DNA of 49,421 bases from Spirochaetaceae bacterium (GTDB taxonomy: Bacteria > Spirochaetota > Spirochaetia > DSM-27196 > SKKC01). The notes beneath the pieces are model-generated. The model was not told where the DNA came from. It did no database searches and worked only from the letters and a program-made list of their open reading frames with translations. Location of the stretch: the NCBI GenBank assembly GCA_003554375.1, contig PWGF01000107.1, positions 1 through 49,421 on the forward strand, given 5' to 3'. Position numbers and translations under genes: made by a program. This document shows, in pieces, positions 28,701 through 36,848 of this stretch (its first letter is position 1; every line of letters begins with the position of its first letter).

Positions 28701-28885
28701 GCTTTATCCGTGAAGGTGAGCACCAGCAAGCGGTCGAGCCCAAGCTCTTCCCGAGCCAGAATCCGCACGATCCGCCGGGTAAGAACGGCGGTCTTCCCGG
28801 TGCCTGCCCCGGCGGTCACCGCCAGGTTACGCTGGTAATCGGTTGCAAGATGCTGAGGCAGCGTTGGTCGAAACGTACCTTCCAT
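25727..28885 (-). CDS. addA: UvrD/Rep-family helicase, AddA-like subunit
   Basis: AGAGTGKTAVLTRRI (Walker A), FIMVDEFQDTN, VGDEKQAIYSFRGG, TVHQAKGLEFPMVFV, YVAATRA. It lies directly downstream of the AddB-like gene. No obvious C-terminal nuclease domain. Confidence 0.85.
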   Translation of the reverse strand: MEGTFRPTLPQHLATDYQRNLAVTAGAGTGKTAVLTRRIVRILAREELGLDRLLVLTFTDKAAVEMKERIYRAIEEKLERAGDGRGSTAGARSADRRLRHFQWLKDTFLQNYVSTFHAFCAAVLREYPIEAGVDPYFRILDETDSMFVLRRSISRSIRELAADKQNADLQLLSSEFSRSALAGVLFTVIRRREDTGAWIEEFGALDWDCYRDRLPAYRACMIREMAYKLHCGGELRVCAQELEAAAPGSEAEGSKLEEKRATLLRLVRELDTQSARAADTSPDADRLVSTKQAIEHELRIPNRKPKVWHSGAFERMKAAMYRLRYVVRAFPVEEFELVPEHEREGFALLQALSRVAQYCVRAYRKDKDEANYLDFQDLQLLVHRLVSEERHAHVLRELQDRFQFIMVDEFQDTNELQWRIVRRIAADPNGAVTDPKLFVVGDEKQAIYSFRGGDVTLFSRVRHELIRANRAAGHDERAFALAAEHDSEYEDARRRYVSDLEMSHAGEIVFADNFRSAEVPVNFINMFFRDLLHREVYEEYDAKPQLLRCSGNRARGSVELLLVDADAPAPPGAHAGVGTERQGGAEPTTEETRASRAGPPADPHFREAILIAEKIREVFSGTDERYARVRENARAGKPAVAILLNRRTMIKTYEEALRRSRIEFTVVRGRGFYQRQEVVDLGNLLDLLVHPWDDRRLVAFLRSPAGHVSDEAIFLLAEQLEGRSLWEKLRTFAKRRRHAESGAASELASTVTPEDRDALLQAAGNLERWMDLAGRMPVTEFLQLVLDEGGYYASLARGDRGDQAVSNVEKLVESARRIMLQDDGGVTEFADWLSNRIDHVEEEGEADIDIGLGGAVQIMTVHQAKGLEFPMVFVPDLGAGFNFGAREKVHAGYIPHETWIGESGIERRESLEIGLDAPNPENEWEPEPTLAKRIIRKRTRNKQLAERKRLFYVAATRAVDHLVLVGHAKFSSPQVTVRVRYAPLDELGNWMEWMNRILGLSYLGDGLRGELHYGNDAGTPMRIPYRWFAGEQAGAGQDAEYRTEFPLEPSSC

Positions 28886-28931
28886 GCCGGTTCCGTCTCC
28901 TTTATCCGGTGTCGTTCTATCCGACGGCCGT

Positions 28932-31900
28932 TTATCCGATGGCGTCCGTCACGTTGACTCCTCCGGTGCCCCGGAGGTTCGCGGCCAAGCGCTCGGCGCG
29001 AAGCGCATCGCGTCTGCAGATCCTGCGAAACGCGCACTCCCGGCATTCGCGCTCCGCCGAGCTGCCGAGCGAAAAGTGGAACACCCCCGTTTGCATAAGC
29101 CGGTAGAGCGCCGTGGCTCGTGCCTTTACCTGCTCGATGATGTTCTCGAAAGCGTTCTGCTCCGTGAACCCTTCGCGCCGGCCCGAGAAGATTGGTTGGT
29201 CCTCTGAGGTTGCGTCGCGCCGCGCAGCACGAAGGTCGGCGCGGGCGAAGTATCCACCGCGTCGCAGCTCCCGGGCGCTCCGGACCAAATAGACCCCCGC
29301 GCCGCCTGCCGGCAACGCGATCCTGCGGCGTGCCGCGTACTCCTGAAGGAAGACGACGGCAAGCGGGAGATCGAACCGCAGCCCTCCCGCAATCGCAGCC
29401 GCGTTCCCGAGCGTCCCGGTGGTATAGCGGTAGGCCACAAGCGCTTCTTTTCCGATCGTACGATCCACCCGGTCGACCGTTACATGAACCCGGGGCCCCG
29501 GCTCCAGAGAAACCGTGCCTGCCAGGTTTGCCGCGTAGGGCCGGAGAAAATCGGGGGCGTTTCGCTCGTAATCGAGGAACGTCGCAAGGACGCCGCGCCG
29601 CTCGTTCGAGCCCTCGCTCGCCTTCTCCAGGCCGGAGAGGAGCGAGCGCCGCAACCGGCTCGAAAACGCATCCTCCTCGTTCTCGTCCAAGACCGCACGG
29701 TAGTGCCGTTCTACCGCGTCCTCGATGAAAGCCTCCGCGTCCGCCGGCACCGCCTCTTCGCCGGCCGCGCGCTCGGTATACTCGGCGAGTACCGCCCGGA
29801 GAATGCGGCCCGCGTCGCTGAGGTCCGGGTGATACGCCGGCTCTTCCCTGAGGTTCAGCACGTCGTCAAAGAAGAACCGCGCCGGACACCCTGCATAGCG
29901 CTCCAGAGTTTCCGGGGTAAACCGGATTCGATCGATTGCCTCCGCCAACAAATCCAGGCTCCTGGAAACCGGCCGGAACATCCCGTCGTACTCGGAGAGA
30001 TGCTTCCGACTCGAGGTCAGCCCGTCGAAGCGCATGACCGAAACGACCGTCCCGAGCGCCTTCGGATCCGACCGCTCGATCGTGCGAAGCGCTGGAAGCG
30101 CGCGGTCGTACGACCGGTCCACATGCTTGGCCGCGAATACGATCTGCTCACGCCGCGAATAGAGCGCTGTCTCGCGCTCCGCCCCGCCGGCCTCCTCTGG
30201 AGCCGCATCTCCCGCTTCGGGACCCGCCGGTATCCCGCGCACCACCGCCGCTCCGCGCTCGATATCGCCCACAAAGGGCGACTCCGCCAGCCGTTTTCCG
30301 TTCTCCGCCCGCGGAACCGTGAGCACGAGCCGGCGCTCGGTCGAGCGAACGAGCTGGTGGAATCGATATCGGCCGTGGTCCACGGTCGTGTAGGCGCTTC
30401 CGAGCCCCAGGCCGTCTTTGCGCGGCTGGAGGAAGCTGTAGCTTTCGCCGGCCGGGAACTCGCCGTCGACGAGCCCGCAGACAAACGTGTACCCGTGGCG
30501 GCGGTACTGCGTGCCTTCGGGCGACGCCACACTCACGGAATCGGTCTCGGGATCGCCAACCCGGAACGTCGCTTCCTCCATCGCAGCCGAGAACAGACGC
30601 ACCAGCCGTGAGAGCGGAAGCTCGGATCCTTCGTCGCCGAGCATCGGCGCCACGTCGGACGGCATGCGGGCCGAAATCTCCGACACCGCGCCCAGGATCG
30701 CCCGGTCCCGTGCCCGGATTTCGGTGTCCGGGCACGCTTCGACGCATTCGGGCACGCGGAAGCGACGGAGGACCTCTTGCACTCGATCGCAAAACGCCCC
30801 TGCGCTCATCCGGCTCGACCAGCGCTGAAGCTCGCGCACCGCGCGGCTCTCGAGATAGAGGCCGGTGAGGGCTTCCAGCGAAGCGGCCTCTCGCTCGCTA
30901 TCCGAGAGCCCATCCAACTTGGCGATGTATCGTCGGACGATCTCGGCCTGCGGCAGGTCGCAACCCGAGCCCGCCGCGCGGTACGCACGGTCGCGCACTC
31001 GCTTCACGTACGATAAATCGAGCTCGGACTCCGTAGGCTCAGGGAGGAGCTCGTTCAGTCGATGTGCCGGGACCAGCTCAACCCCCTTGCTCTCTTGAAG
31101 CGCCGCCAGCTCGGTGGCTCCCACCCGGTCGCGAAAGCACGTGTACGGCGATGCGAGAATCGACTCGTGCAGGGCGTATGGGTTCGGGAGCGCGATCTGC
31201 TGCACGACCGCGCGCACGAGCGATGCAAGCGGATATCGCAGAAGCGGAACCCCACGCTCGAGTCGATACGAGACGCCGTAGCGAGGAAAGACCTCATCCA
31301 CGATCGAGGAGTATCGTTCGTAGTCCGGCGCCACGACCCGGCGAATCTGTCGGGCAATCGCGGTGACCTCGGCGTAACGCTCGTCGTATCGTTGGACTCG
31401 GACGAATCGGTCCGCGCCCGGCTCGCCGTCCGTGGCGCCCGCGGAACCGATGACATCCGCGGGACCTCCCTCCGGTCCGCGGCAAGTCGTCTCGGAGCGG
31501 AACACCGCGTTTGAGAGGGCGACAAACGCATCCTCCGGCTGCGAGGCCTCGGGGGCTTCGCAGCTCCCGAGTACGCGCTCCTCCACCAGCCCGTCGAGCC
31601 GCTCGAGAAGCCGTTCAACGCTCTCTTGAACCCGCAGCGCCTGCTCCGGGGCGTGCGGATCGCGCGCAACGAGGATCGCCGCGTTCGGCCCGCTTCCGCC
31701 GGACCCTCCTCCGTCCCCGCTATCGCCGGCATCGCCGGTACTTCCGCCCGACCAACCTCCGTGCCCGCTGTCGCCGGTATCGCGGGGATCTCTACCGGCC
31801 TCGGGTCTATCGCCGGCATTGCCGACGGCCTCGGGGCTGCCCGTCCCGCTCCCGGAGGGGTCCGGCATCGCGCCGGCGGCAACGCGGCGCGCGAGCGCGG

Positions 31901-32639
31901 ACAGAAGCTCGGCTTCCAAGGGCCGGAGGTAGCGGAACCCGGCAAACACGAGCAGATCACCTGAATCGATTCCGAGCGGGGCCGCCCATCCGGCTTCGCC
32001 TTCCGGCGCGGCGGTCTCGGCAGCACCAGTGGAACCAGCCGCCTCCGGCGCGGCGGCGGCACTCACGCCGCGCCGGCTTCCCACGCCGCCCGGCCTTTCC
32101 GCGCCGTCCAAGCGGCCCCCGCCTTCCAGGTACCGGAGAAGCTGCAGAAGGCCGCGCCGGACGTCGAACCCGAACTCGGCAAGCCGCTCCTCATACTCAT
32201 CGTGAATTCGGATCAACTCGCCTTCCTTGAACGAGAAGCTTGCGCTTCCCTTCAACCGTGCGATTGCCGACCGGAGGTCTTCCACGACCGTGCACCGGTA
32301 GTGCTCGATGAACTCGGCGAGCGCTCTGGCATAGCCTTGTTTGCGCGTCTGAATGTTGAGGTATCCGGCGCCCTGGCTGCTCAAGATGTCGTTGAGGAGT
32401 GCGCGACGCCCCTCCGGCGGGACGAACCCTCGATGTCCGCACGCACGGACGAACTGTTCGACGAGCTCCGGAAGCGTCCGGACGGCCCTAACATTCCGGT
32501 CCGAGAACGCTTCCGCCACGCGCGACTTCACCTCGTCGTCCGGGACGATCAAAACCGCCGGGTGCGTGCCCAGCCATGCGCTCCGGTACGCCACCAGCTC
32601 GTGCCAATCGTGAGCTCGATACACTACTACGCGGGCCAT
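28932..32639 (-). CDS. addB: PD-(D/E)XK nuclease family protein, AddB-like subunit
   Basis: 1235 aa from ATG 32639. C-terminal nuclease region ending in CRECAFRRIC (C-x2-C-x5-C, the AddB-type Fe-S Cys cluster). Large Gly/Ser/Asp/Ala low-complexity inserts. Confidence 0.75.
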   Translation of the reverse strand: MARVVVYRAHDWHELVAYRSAWLGTHPAVLIVPDDEVKSRVAEAFSDRNVRAVRTLPELVEQFVRACGHRGFVPPEGRRALLNDILSSQGAGYLNIQTRKQGYARALAEFIEHYRCTVVEDLRSAIARLKGSASFSFKEGELIRIHDEYEERLAEFGFDVRRGLLQLLRYLEGGGRLDGAERPGGVGSRRGVSAAAAPEAAGSTGAAETAAPEGEAGWAAPLGIDSGDLLVFAGFRYLRPLEAELLSALARRVAAGAMPDPSGSGTGSPEAVGNAGDRPEAGRDPRDTGDSGHGGWSGGSTGDAGDSGDGGGSGGSGPNAAILVARDPHAPEQALRVQESVERLLERLDGLVEERVLGSCEAPEASQPEDAFVALSNAVFRSETTCRGPEGGPADVIGSAGATDGEPGADRFVRVQRYDERYAEVTAIARQIRRVVAPDYERYSSIVDEVFPRYGVSYRLERGVPLLRYPLASLVRAVVQQIALPNPYALHESILASPYTCFRDRVGATELAALQESKGVELVPAHRLNELLPEPTESELDLSYVKRVRDRAYRAAGSGCDLPQAEIVRRYIAKLDGLSDSEREAASLEALTGLYLESRAVRELQRWSSRMSAGAFCDRVQEVLRRFRVPECVEACPDTEIRARDRAILGAVSEISARMPSDVAPMLGDEGSELPLSRLVRLFSAAMEEATFRVGDPETDSVSVASPEGTQYRRHGYTFVCGLVDGEFPAGESYSFLQPRKDGLGLGSAYTTVDHGRYRFHQLVRSTERRLVLTVPRAENGKRLAESPFVGDIERGAAVVRGIPAGPEAGDAAPEEAGGAERETALYSRREQIVFAAKHVDRSYDRALPALRTIERSDPKALGTVVSVMRFDGLTSSRKHLSEYDGMFRPVSRSLDLLAEAIDRIRFTPETLERYAGCPARFFFDDVLNLREEPAYHPDLSDAGRILRAVLAEYTERAAGEEAVPADAEAFIEDAVERHYRAVLDENEEDAFSSRLRRSLLSGLEKASEGSNERRGVLATFLDYERNAPDFLRPYAANLAGTVSLEPGPRVHVTVDRVDRTIGKEALVAYRYTTGTLGNAAAIAGGLRFDLPLAVVFLQEYAARRRIALPAGGAGVYLVRSARELRRGGYFARADLRAARRDATSEDQPIFSGRREGFTEQNAFENIIEQVKARATALYRLMQTGVFHFSLGSSAERECRECAFRRICRRDALRAERLAANLRGTGGVNVTDAIG

Positions 32640-32681
32640 ACCGTACTCTCTCGAATTCCGGCGCAAACGTAAACCGTCGAC

Positions 32682-32867
32682 GGCTGCATATTCAGGGCAA
32701 ACGCAGTTGGACAACCCGCCTGGATGCGCGGCGGCGAGCGGGCGCTCGTGGGCGCTCGCCAGGGCCCCTGGTGGTGTGGTGAGACGGGTGAGTACTCGGT
32801 TCAACGGCTTTCGGCCGCCGCCGTCGAACCGTACGGATCCAACTGCGTTTGCCCTGGCTGCATATTC
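32682..32867. mobile_element. MITE-like element: 19-bp perfect terminal inverted repeats with 12-bp flanking direct repeats
   Basis: CAGGGCAAACGCAGTTGGA (32693-32711) is the exact reverse complement of TCCAACTGCGTTTGCCCTG (32838-32856). GGCTGCATATTC occurs at both outer edges (32682-32693 and 32856-32867). The interior has nested GC palindromes and no ORF. Confidence 0.45.
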
Positions 32868-33040
32868 CGTGCTTTGCGGGAGCTCCGGGGGAGACGACGA
32901 CTGCGCGGGCCGGGCGTGTCGTCGACCGGTCGCCGGCGCCGGGTCCCATTAACTACGCCACGCTTCAACGTAGCAGGGAGCCCGAAGGCACGCACAGTCC
33001 GCGGCCGCTTTCACCTGCCGGATAGACCCGAGGCCGATCC

Positions 33041-33742
33041 TCACCTCTCACGGCACGGCCGACCCCGCCACCTCGCCAGCACCTCTTCGACCTCACCTTG
33101 GACCGCCGCTCGTGCCTCCGAACGATCGAGACCTTGAGCAAGAAGCTCATCATAGCGCGTGTGCTGGTGCCGTACATGCGCCCGTACCGCTAACTCGAGC
33201 GCGCCCGGCTCCAGCTCCTTCGCCGCCGCGGTGCGACCGACTCTTCCGCTGCCCACCCGACATGCACGTTCGGCAATCGCCGCCTGCTCCTCGGACGGCG
33301 CATTCGGGAACAACTCGGCGATTCGGCTGCGAAAGGTGGCCACATACTGCTCGTTTGCTGCCGCCCGGCGCTCCGCAGCTCGCTCCCGAGCTCGTGCCCG
33401 TGCCTCTTCATCTTTCAAGCACTCCTCTTCGGCACGCGTAAGCGCCTGCTCCTCCACCAGGAGGCCCTGCCGCTCGTAGCGCTTGCGTGCGCGGCTGAAG
33501 CGGACCACCACTGCGTGCAGCGACGAGTACTTGCGGGCGCGCCGGGTCAGCGCTGTGTTGCCCCGCGGAAGGAAGACGAGGTGATCGAGATCGGCGCACG
33601 AGAGGCAAAGTGGGCGGTCCTTCTCCATGCGCAGGAACTCGCCCCTCCAAAGCTCGCTCTCGCACTCGGAGCATGTCGAGTTTCGCACAATGGAAAAAAC
33701 GACGATCTCGTCCGGGTTGTTACGCGATTGGCCTTGGTTCAT
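33041..33742 (-). CDS. DUF2293-domain protein
   Basis: N-terminal CxxC...CxxC pair (CSECESELW...CLSCADL). The C-terminal VGRTAAAKELEPGALELAVRAHVRHQHTRYDELLAQGLDRSEARAAV resembles the DUF2293 signature. Confidence 0.7.
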   Translation of the reverse strand: MNQGQSRNNPDEIVVFSIVRNSTCSECESELWRGEFLRMEKDRPLCLSCADLDHLVFLPRGNTALTRRARKYSSLHAVVVRFSRARKRYERQGLLVEEQALTRAEEECLKDEEARARARERAAERRAAANEQYVATFRSRIAELFPNAPSEEQAAIAERACRVGSGRVGRTAAAKELEPGALELAVRAHVRHQHTRYDELLAQGLDRSEARAAVQGEVEEVLARWRGRPCRER

Positions 33743-34031
33743 CGATACGAATTCCCGAGTCGTTGAATTCCCGGCTCTTTGAACACCGTGCAGCTCAGCA
33801 GGCGGCCGAAGGCCGGTCCGCTGGAGCGGCCGTGATACTCATGAACGCCTTCGCCTCGTGGCGGTACGGTGAGATACGTAATCGGTGCTCAAAGCCCTCC
33901 CGCCGCGCGGAAGATGCCGATCATGCGTTCGCATGTGCACCCTTACGAATTCTACCGAATTCTACTGCCGAATCGAGCTTCACACAAGCATGTCGCGCAT
34001 CTGTGTACCGGGGCATATGGTGTCATCTTCG

Positions 34032-34060
34032 TTGACATTTGCCATGACAAATGACATTTT
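34032..34060 (+). promoter_or_regulatory. Candidate promoter/operator of vapB-vapC
   Basis: TTGACA (34032-34037), 17 nt, CATTTT (34055-34060). The ATG at 34067 has no SD. TGACATTT is repeated at 34033 and 34052, with TGTCA/TGACA inverted at 34021/34033. Confidence 0.35.
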
Positions 34061-34066
34061 ACTCCC

Positions 34067-34339
34067 ATGCGAGCGAAGTGCAGGATCGATAGCGCCGGGC
34101 GCCTCGTCATACCCAAGGAACTGCGGGATCGCTACGGACTCAATCCCGGGAGCGAGATCGATCTCGTGCCGGTTCCGGATGGAATAACGCTCATTCCGCG
34201 GCGGACCGAGCATCGCGTGGTGCGACGGGGGCAAGTCGTCGCTATCGATACCGGTGCCGGCGCAGCGCCGGCGGAGGCGTTCGATGTACGTTCCATGCGG
34301 ACGGAGAGGCTCGACCGGAAAACGGGGGATTCGACTTGA
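34067..34339 (+). CDS. vapB: AbrB/MazE/SpoVT-family antitoxin (VapB-type)
   Basis: IDSAGRLVIPKELRDRYGLNPGSEIDLVPVPDGITLIP is a SpoVT-AbrB swapped-hairpin motif. The stop overlaps the PIN gene start (TTGA). Confidence 0.85.
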   Translation: MRAKCRIDSAGRLVIPKELRDRYGLNPGSEIDLVPVPDGITLIPRRTEHRVVRRGQVVAIDTGAGAAPAEAFDVRSMRTERLDRKTGDST

Positions 34340-34767
34340 GAATCGGTGTCGATACCTCGGTAATCGTTGCATGCGTGCATGCGAATCATCCGCTGCACGG
34401 CCCGTCCGCGGCTTGGCTGAACGATGCCTTCGCCACGCACGAAGTTCTCGTTGCGCACCACTCGGTTCTGGAGTCGTATGCGGTACTGACTCGTCTGCCC
34501 GGTGAGTACCGATTGACTCCGGCAGAGGCCGAAATGGTGCTTCGCGCAACGTTATACGACAGTGCTGAGGTTGCGCCGTTCTCCGGGGTGTCCATCTGGG
34601 ACGTGGTGCAACAGATCGGAGAGATACCCGCATCCGGCGGGACGGTATACGATGCGTTCATCATCGAGATCCTCGCCGCTGCCGGAGCCGAGGCGATAGC
34701 CACCCGAGATACCGATGACTTTCGGCGCCTTTCGGGTTCCCTCCGGATTGTCGATCCGCTTTCGTGA
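34336..34767 (+). CDS. vapC: PIN-domain toxin VapC
   Basis: RIGVDTSVIVA..., YDAFIIEIL and ATRDTDDFRRL are the PIN acidic quartet pattern. TTG start. Confidence 0.85.
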   Translation: MRIGVDTSVIVACVHANHPLHGPSAAWLNDAFATHEVLVAHHSVLESYAVLTRLPGEYRLTPAEAEMVLRATLYDSAEVAPFSGVSIWDVVQQIGEIPASGGTVYDAFIIEILAAAGAEAIATRDTDDFRRLSGSLRIVDPLS

Positions 34768-34839
34768 CCTCCGGTTATCACGTCGGCCGATGCGGTCGGC
34801 CGGATGAGGCCGGGCAACCGGTCAACGCAGCTTCGCCTC

Positions 34840-35292
34840 TTACTCCTCGTCCGAAAGCAGTGTTTCGAGGTCGGCCCGGTCTCTCAACCGTCCGCTGGAA
34901 CGTTTGTTCTGGATGAGCTGCTCACGCCCGAGAAAGCGAATCGGCACCCCGCCGAGCGTGCCGGCGACCGCGCCACTCGAGGCGTCCGCCCATTCGACTC
35001 CCGAGATGCTCGTCAGCAAGTTGACTCGATTTGGTGGGGTGCCCAGCTGGATGACTTGGTCAGGTGCCAGGAAGTCCTCCCGGCTCAGCCCGAGGCCGGA
35101 GAAGCCGAAATCGTCGAGCGCGGCCAATACCCGCTCGACGTTCTCCTCACTTCGTCTGAGTAACAGGTCGAGGTCGGCGGTAAACCGCGGCATTCCGTGA
35201 AGCGCCAGCGCGTGTGCACCGACAACGATGCACTCAACCCCGTGAGAGTGGAACGATGCGAGCAACTCTCGCAAATCCGGCGACACGTCCAT
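34840..35292 (-). CDS. Nucleotidyltransferase-fold protein of unknown function
   Basis: LLASFHSHGVECIVVGAHALALHGMPRFTADLDLLL is a GxxA-X-DxD pattern, followed by VIQLGTPPNRVNLLTSISGV. This is a recurring uncharacterised family usually paired with a small upstream ORF. Confidence 0.65.
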   Translation of the reverse strand: MDVSPDLRELLASFHSHGVECIVVGAHALALHGMPRFTADLDLLLRRSEENVERVLAALDDFGFSGLGLSREDFLAPDQVIQLGTPPNRVNLLTSISGVEWADASSGAVAGTLGGVPIRFLGREQLIQNKRSSGRLRDRADLETLLSDEE

Positions 35293-35416
35293 ACCATGCC
35301 CTCCTCAGTCGCTCGACTTCGGCAAGCCGGTCGTGAGCCGGCCGGGTGAGCCACCAGCGCCGGTCTCGCGCTTCGTCGCTTGAGTGGAGCGATCGCTTGA
35401 CGACGATTCTTTCCAT
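35234..35416 (-). CDS. Small partner ORF of the nucleotidyltransferase-fold gene (antitoxin-like, hypothetical)
   Basis: 60-68 aa. The SSDEARDRRWWLTRPAHDRLAEVERLRRAWYG pattern recurs upstream of this NTase family. It overlaps the NTase start by 59 nt, and its own start is uncertain (35416 or 35440). Confidence 0.4.
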   Translation of the reverse strand: MERIVVKRSLHSSDEARDRRWWLTRPAHDRLAEVERLRRAWYGRVAGFARVARIVPLSRG

Positions 35417-35649
35417 GAGAGCCGCTCCCATCCCTGCCAACGATTATACCGGGTGAGGGAGGCCGGCGGCAAACGTGTCTGCCCGCGGGGGCGCTTTGGC
35501 GAAACAACGATCTTTGGAACTCGCTCCCGGTACATCCGGACCAGAATCGGAAGAAGAGGGCCCAGATTCCTTCCCGGGCCGGGTGTTGAACCGTCAAAAC
35601 GCGATTACACGCAGCTGGGACATGCTCTCCGAGGCCACACCGCCGCTCA

Positions 35650-36231
35650 TCACCCCCTCCGCAGCTCATACCCTTGAACCCTGAACCCCGCGCTCGCAAG
35701 GCGCGCTTGCCATTGCTTCTCGTACCCGAAGTCGAACGGCGGGCCGAGAAGCGCCGCCTCGACCTCGGCCTGCGTGAGCCGATCGGCGCGCTCGTACTCC
35801 TCCGTCCCCGGCCAGAGCAGGAGCTCCTTGCGGTGCAGGACCGGGCGGTTCCGCCGGTAGCGCCGAATGGACGCGCGAGCTTGGTCCAAGTCCACGTTCA
35901 GAGAGAGGTCCAGAGCCGGGTGCGCCAGCTCCGCAAATCGCGAGTAGACCAGTAGCGACAGGCCGGGTCCGTCCGTTTGTTTGAGTTTGAGGTCCGACGC
36001 GACGCAATCGACCACACGAAAGGCCGAGAGGAGCTCCGCGATCTGCCCGGCCAACTCCCGGCATCCCGCGGACACCAAATGGGCATACCGCGAGCGGCCG
36101 ACGTGCTTCATCGGAACGCTGCCCGAGCCCCGGATGTGGTCGCGACACTCGGCGAGGAGATCGGTTAACCGGCCGGCGAAAGGTCTCTCGTCCAACAGTC
36201 CCCAGTGTATCGCGTTCCGCCGCATCTGCAA
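35650..36231 (-). pseudogene. C-terminal fragment resembling the DNA-phosphorothioation-associated putative methyltransferase family
   Basis: HPALDLSLNVDL...RRYRRNRPVLHRKELLLWP...RLTQAEVEAALL...GYEKQWQARLASAG matches, from my recall, the conserved C-terminal region of that family. No SAM-binding N-terminal domain is present. The upstream 300 bp has no clean frame. Confidence 0.4.
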
Positions 36232-36557
36232 ATAAAATATCCCCCATGCACCGGATCTCCCCCGCCGGCTTCCGCACTATCAAGCCTCCCGCGATGTGCT
36301 CGATCTTTCCTTCTTTGATCTGGGCGCGTTCCCGCCGCGCCGCGGCGGGAACCACGCTCTTCGGGGCTGTCGGTCCCAGCCGGCGGAGACCGAACGCGGA
36401 GCGCCGCCCGGCACCGGCCGCGACGCTGCCCCAAACGACGGCGTCCGACGGCTGTGACAGCCGCCTGCGGCGGCTCCCCTTCGATCGTTCGCGCGAATTG
36501 GCGCCCCGGCGGTACAGGACCTAAGAGGGTATCAGCCGACATTAGGTCCGCAAAGAC

Positions 36558-36591
36558 TTGAGCTCTGTGCGGGTATGATCTATCATCATAC
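36558..36591 (+). promoter_or_regulatory. Candidate promoter/operator of mazE-mazF
   Basis: TTGAGC (36558-36563), 17 nt, TATCAT (36581-36586). Nested inverted repeats GTATG...CATAC (36573-36591) and ATGAT-CT-ATCAT cover the -10 box. Confidence 0.5.
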
Positions 36592-36605
36592 CTAAGAGAG
36601 TAAGC

Positions 36606-36848
36606 ATGGCAACTTCGAGAATTGCAATCACGATCGACGAATCCACGCTCTCACGCCTCGATCGTCTGGTACGGGAGAGGAAGTACCCCAACCGAAGCCG
36701 GGCGATCCAGGAAGCCTTACAAGAGAAGCTTGAGCGGATCGAGCGTGGGAGACTTGCCGAAGAGTGCGCAAAGCTGGATGCGAATCAGGAGAAAGCGTTC
36801 GCAGAGGAAGGGCTCGGATTCGAGGTTGAAGAGTGGCCGGAATACTAA
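36606..36848 (+). CDS. mazE: Ribbon-helix-helix (CopG/MazE-like) antitoxin
   Basis: RIAITIDESTLSRLDRLVRERKYPNRSRAIQEAL is an RHH motif. It overlaps the MazF gene by 16 nt. Confidence 0.85.
   Translation: MATSRIAITIDESTLSRLDRLVRERKYPNRSRAIQEALQEKLERIERGRLAEECAKLDANQEKAFAEEGLGFEVEEWPEY

Noticed and set aside
32640-32804. N-terminal 55-codon extension of the AddB ORF
   Set aside because: It runs through the left arm of the MITE-like repeat and has no SD. The internal ATG at 32639 starts a sequence typical of AddB N-termini.
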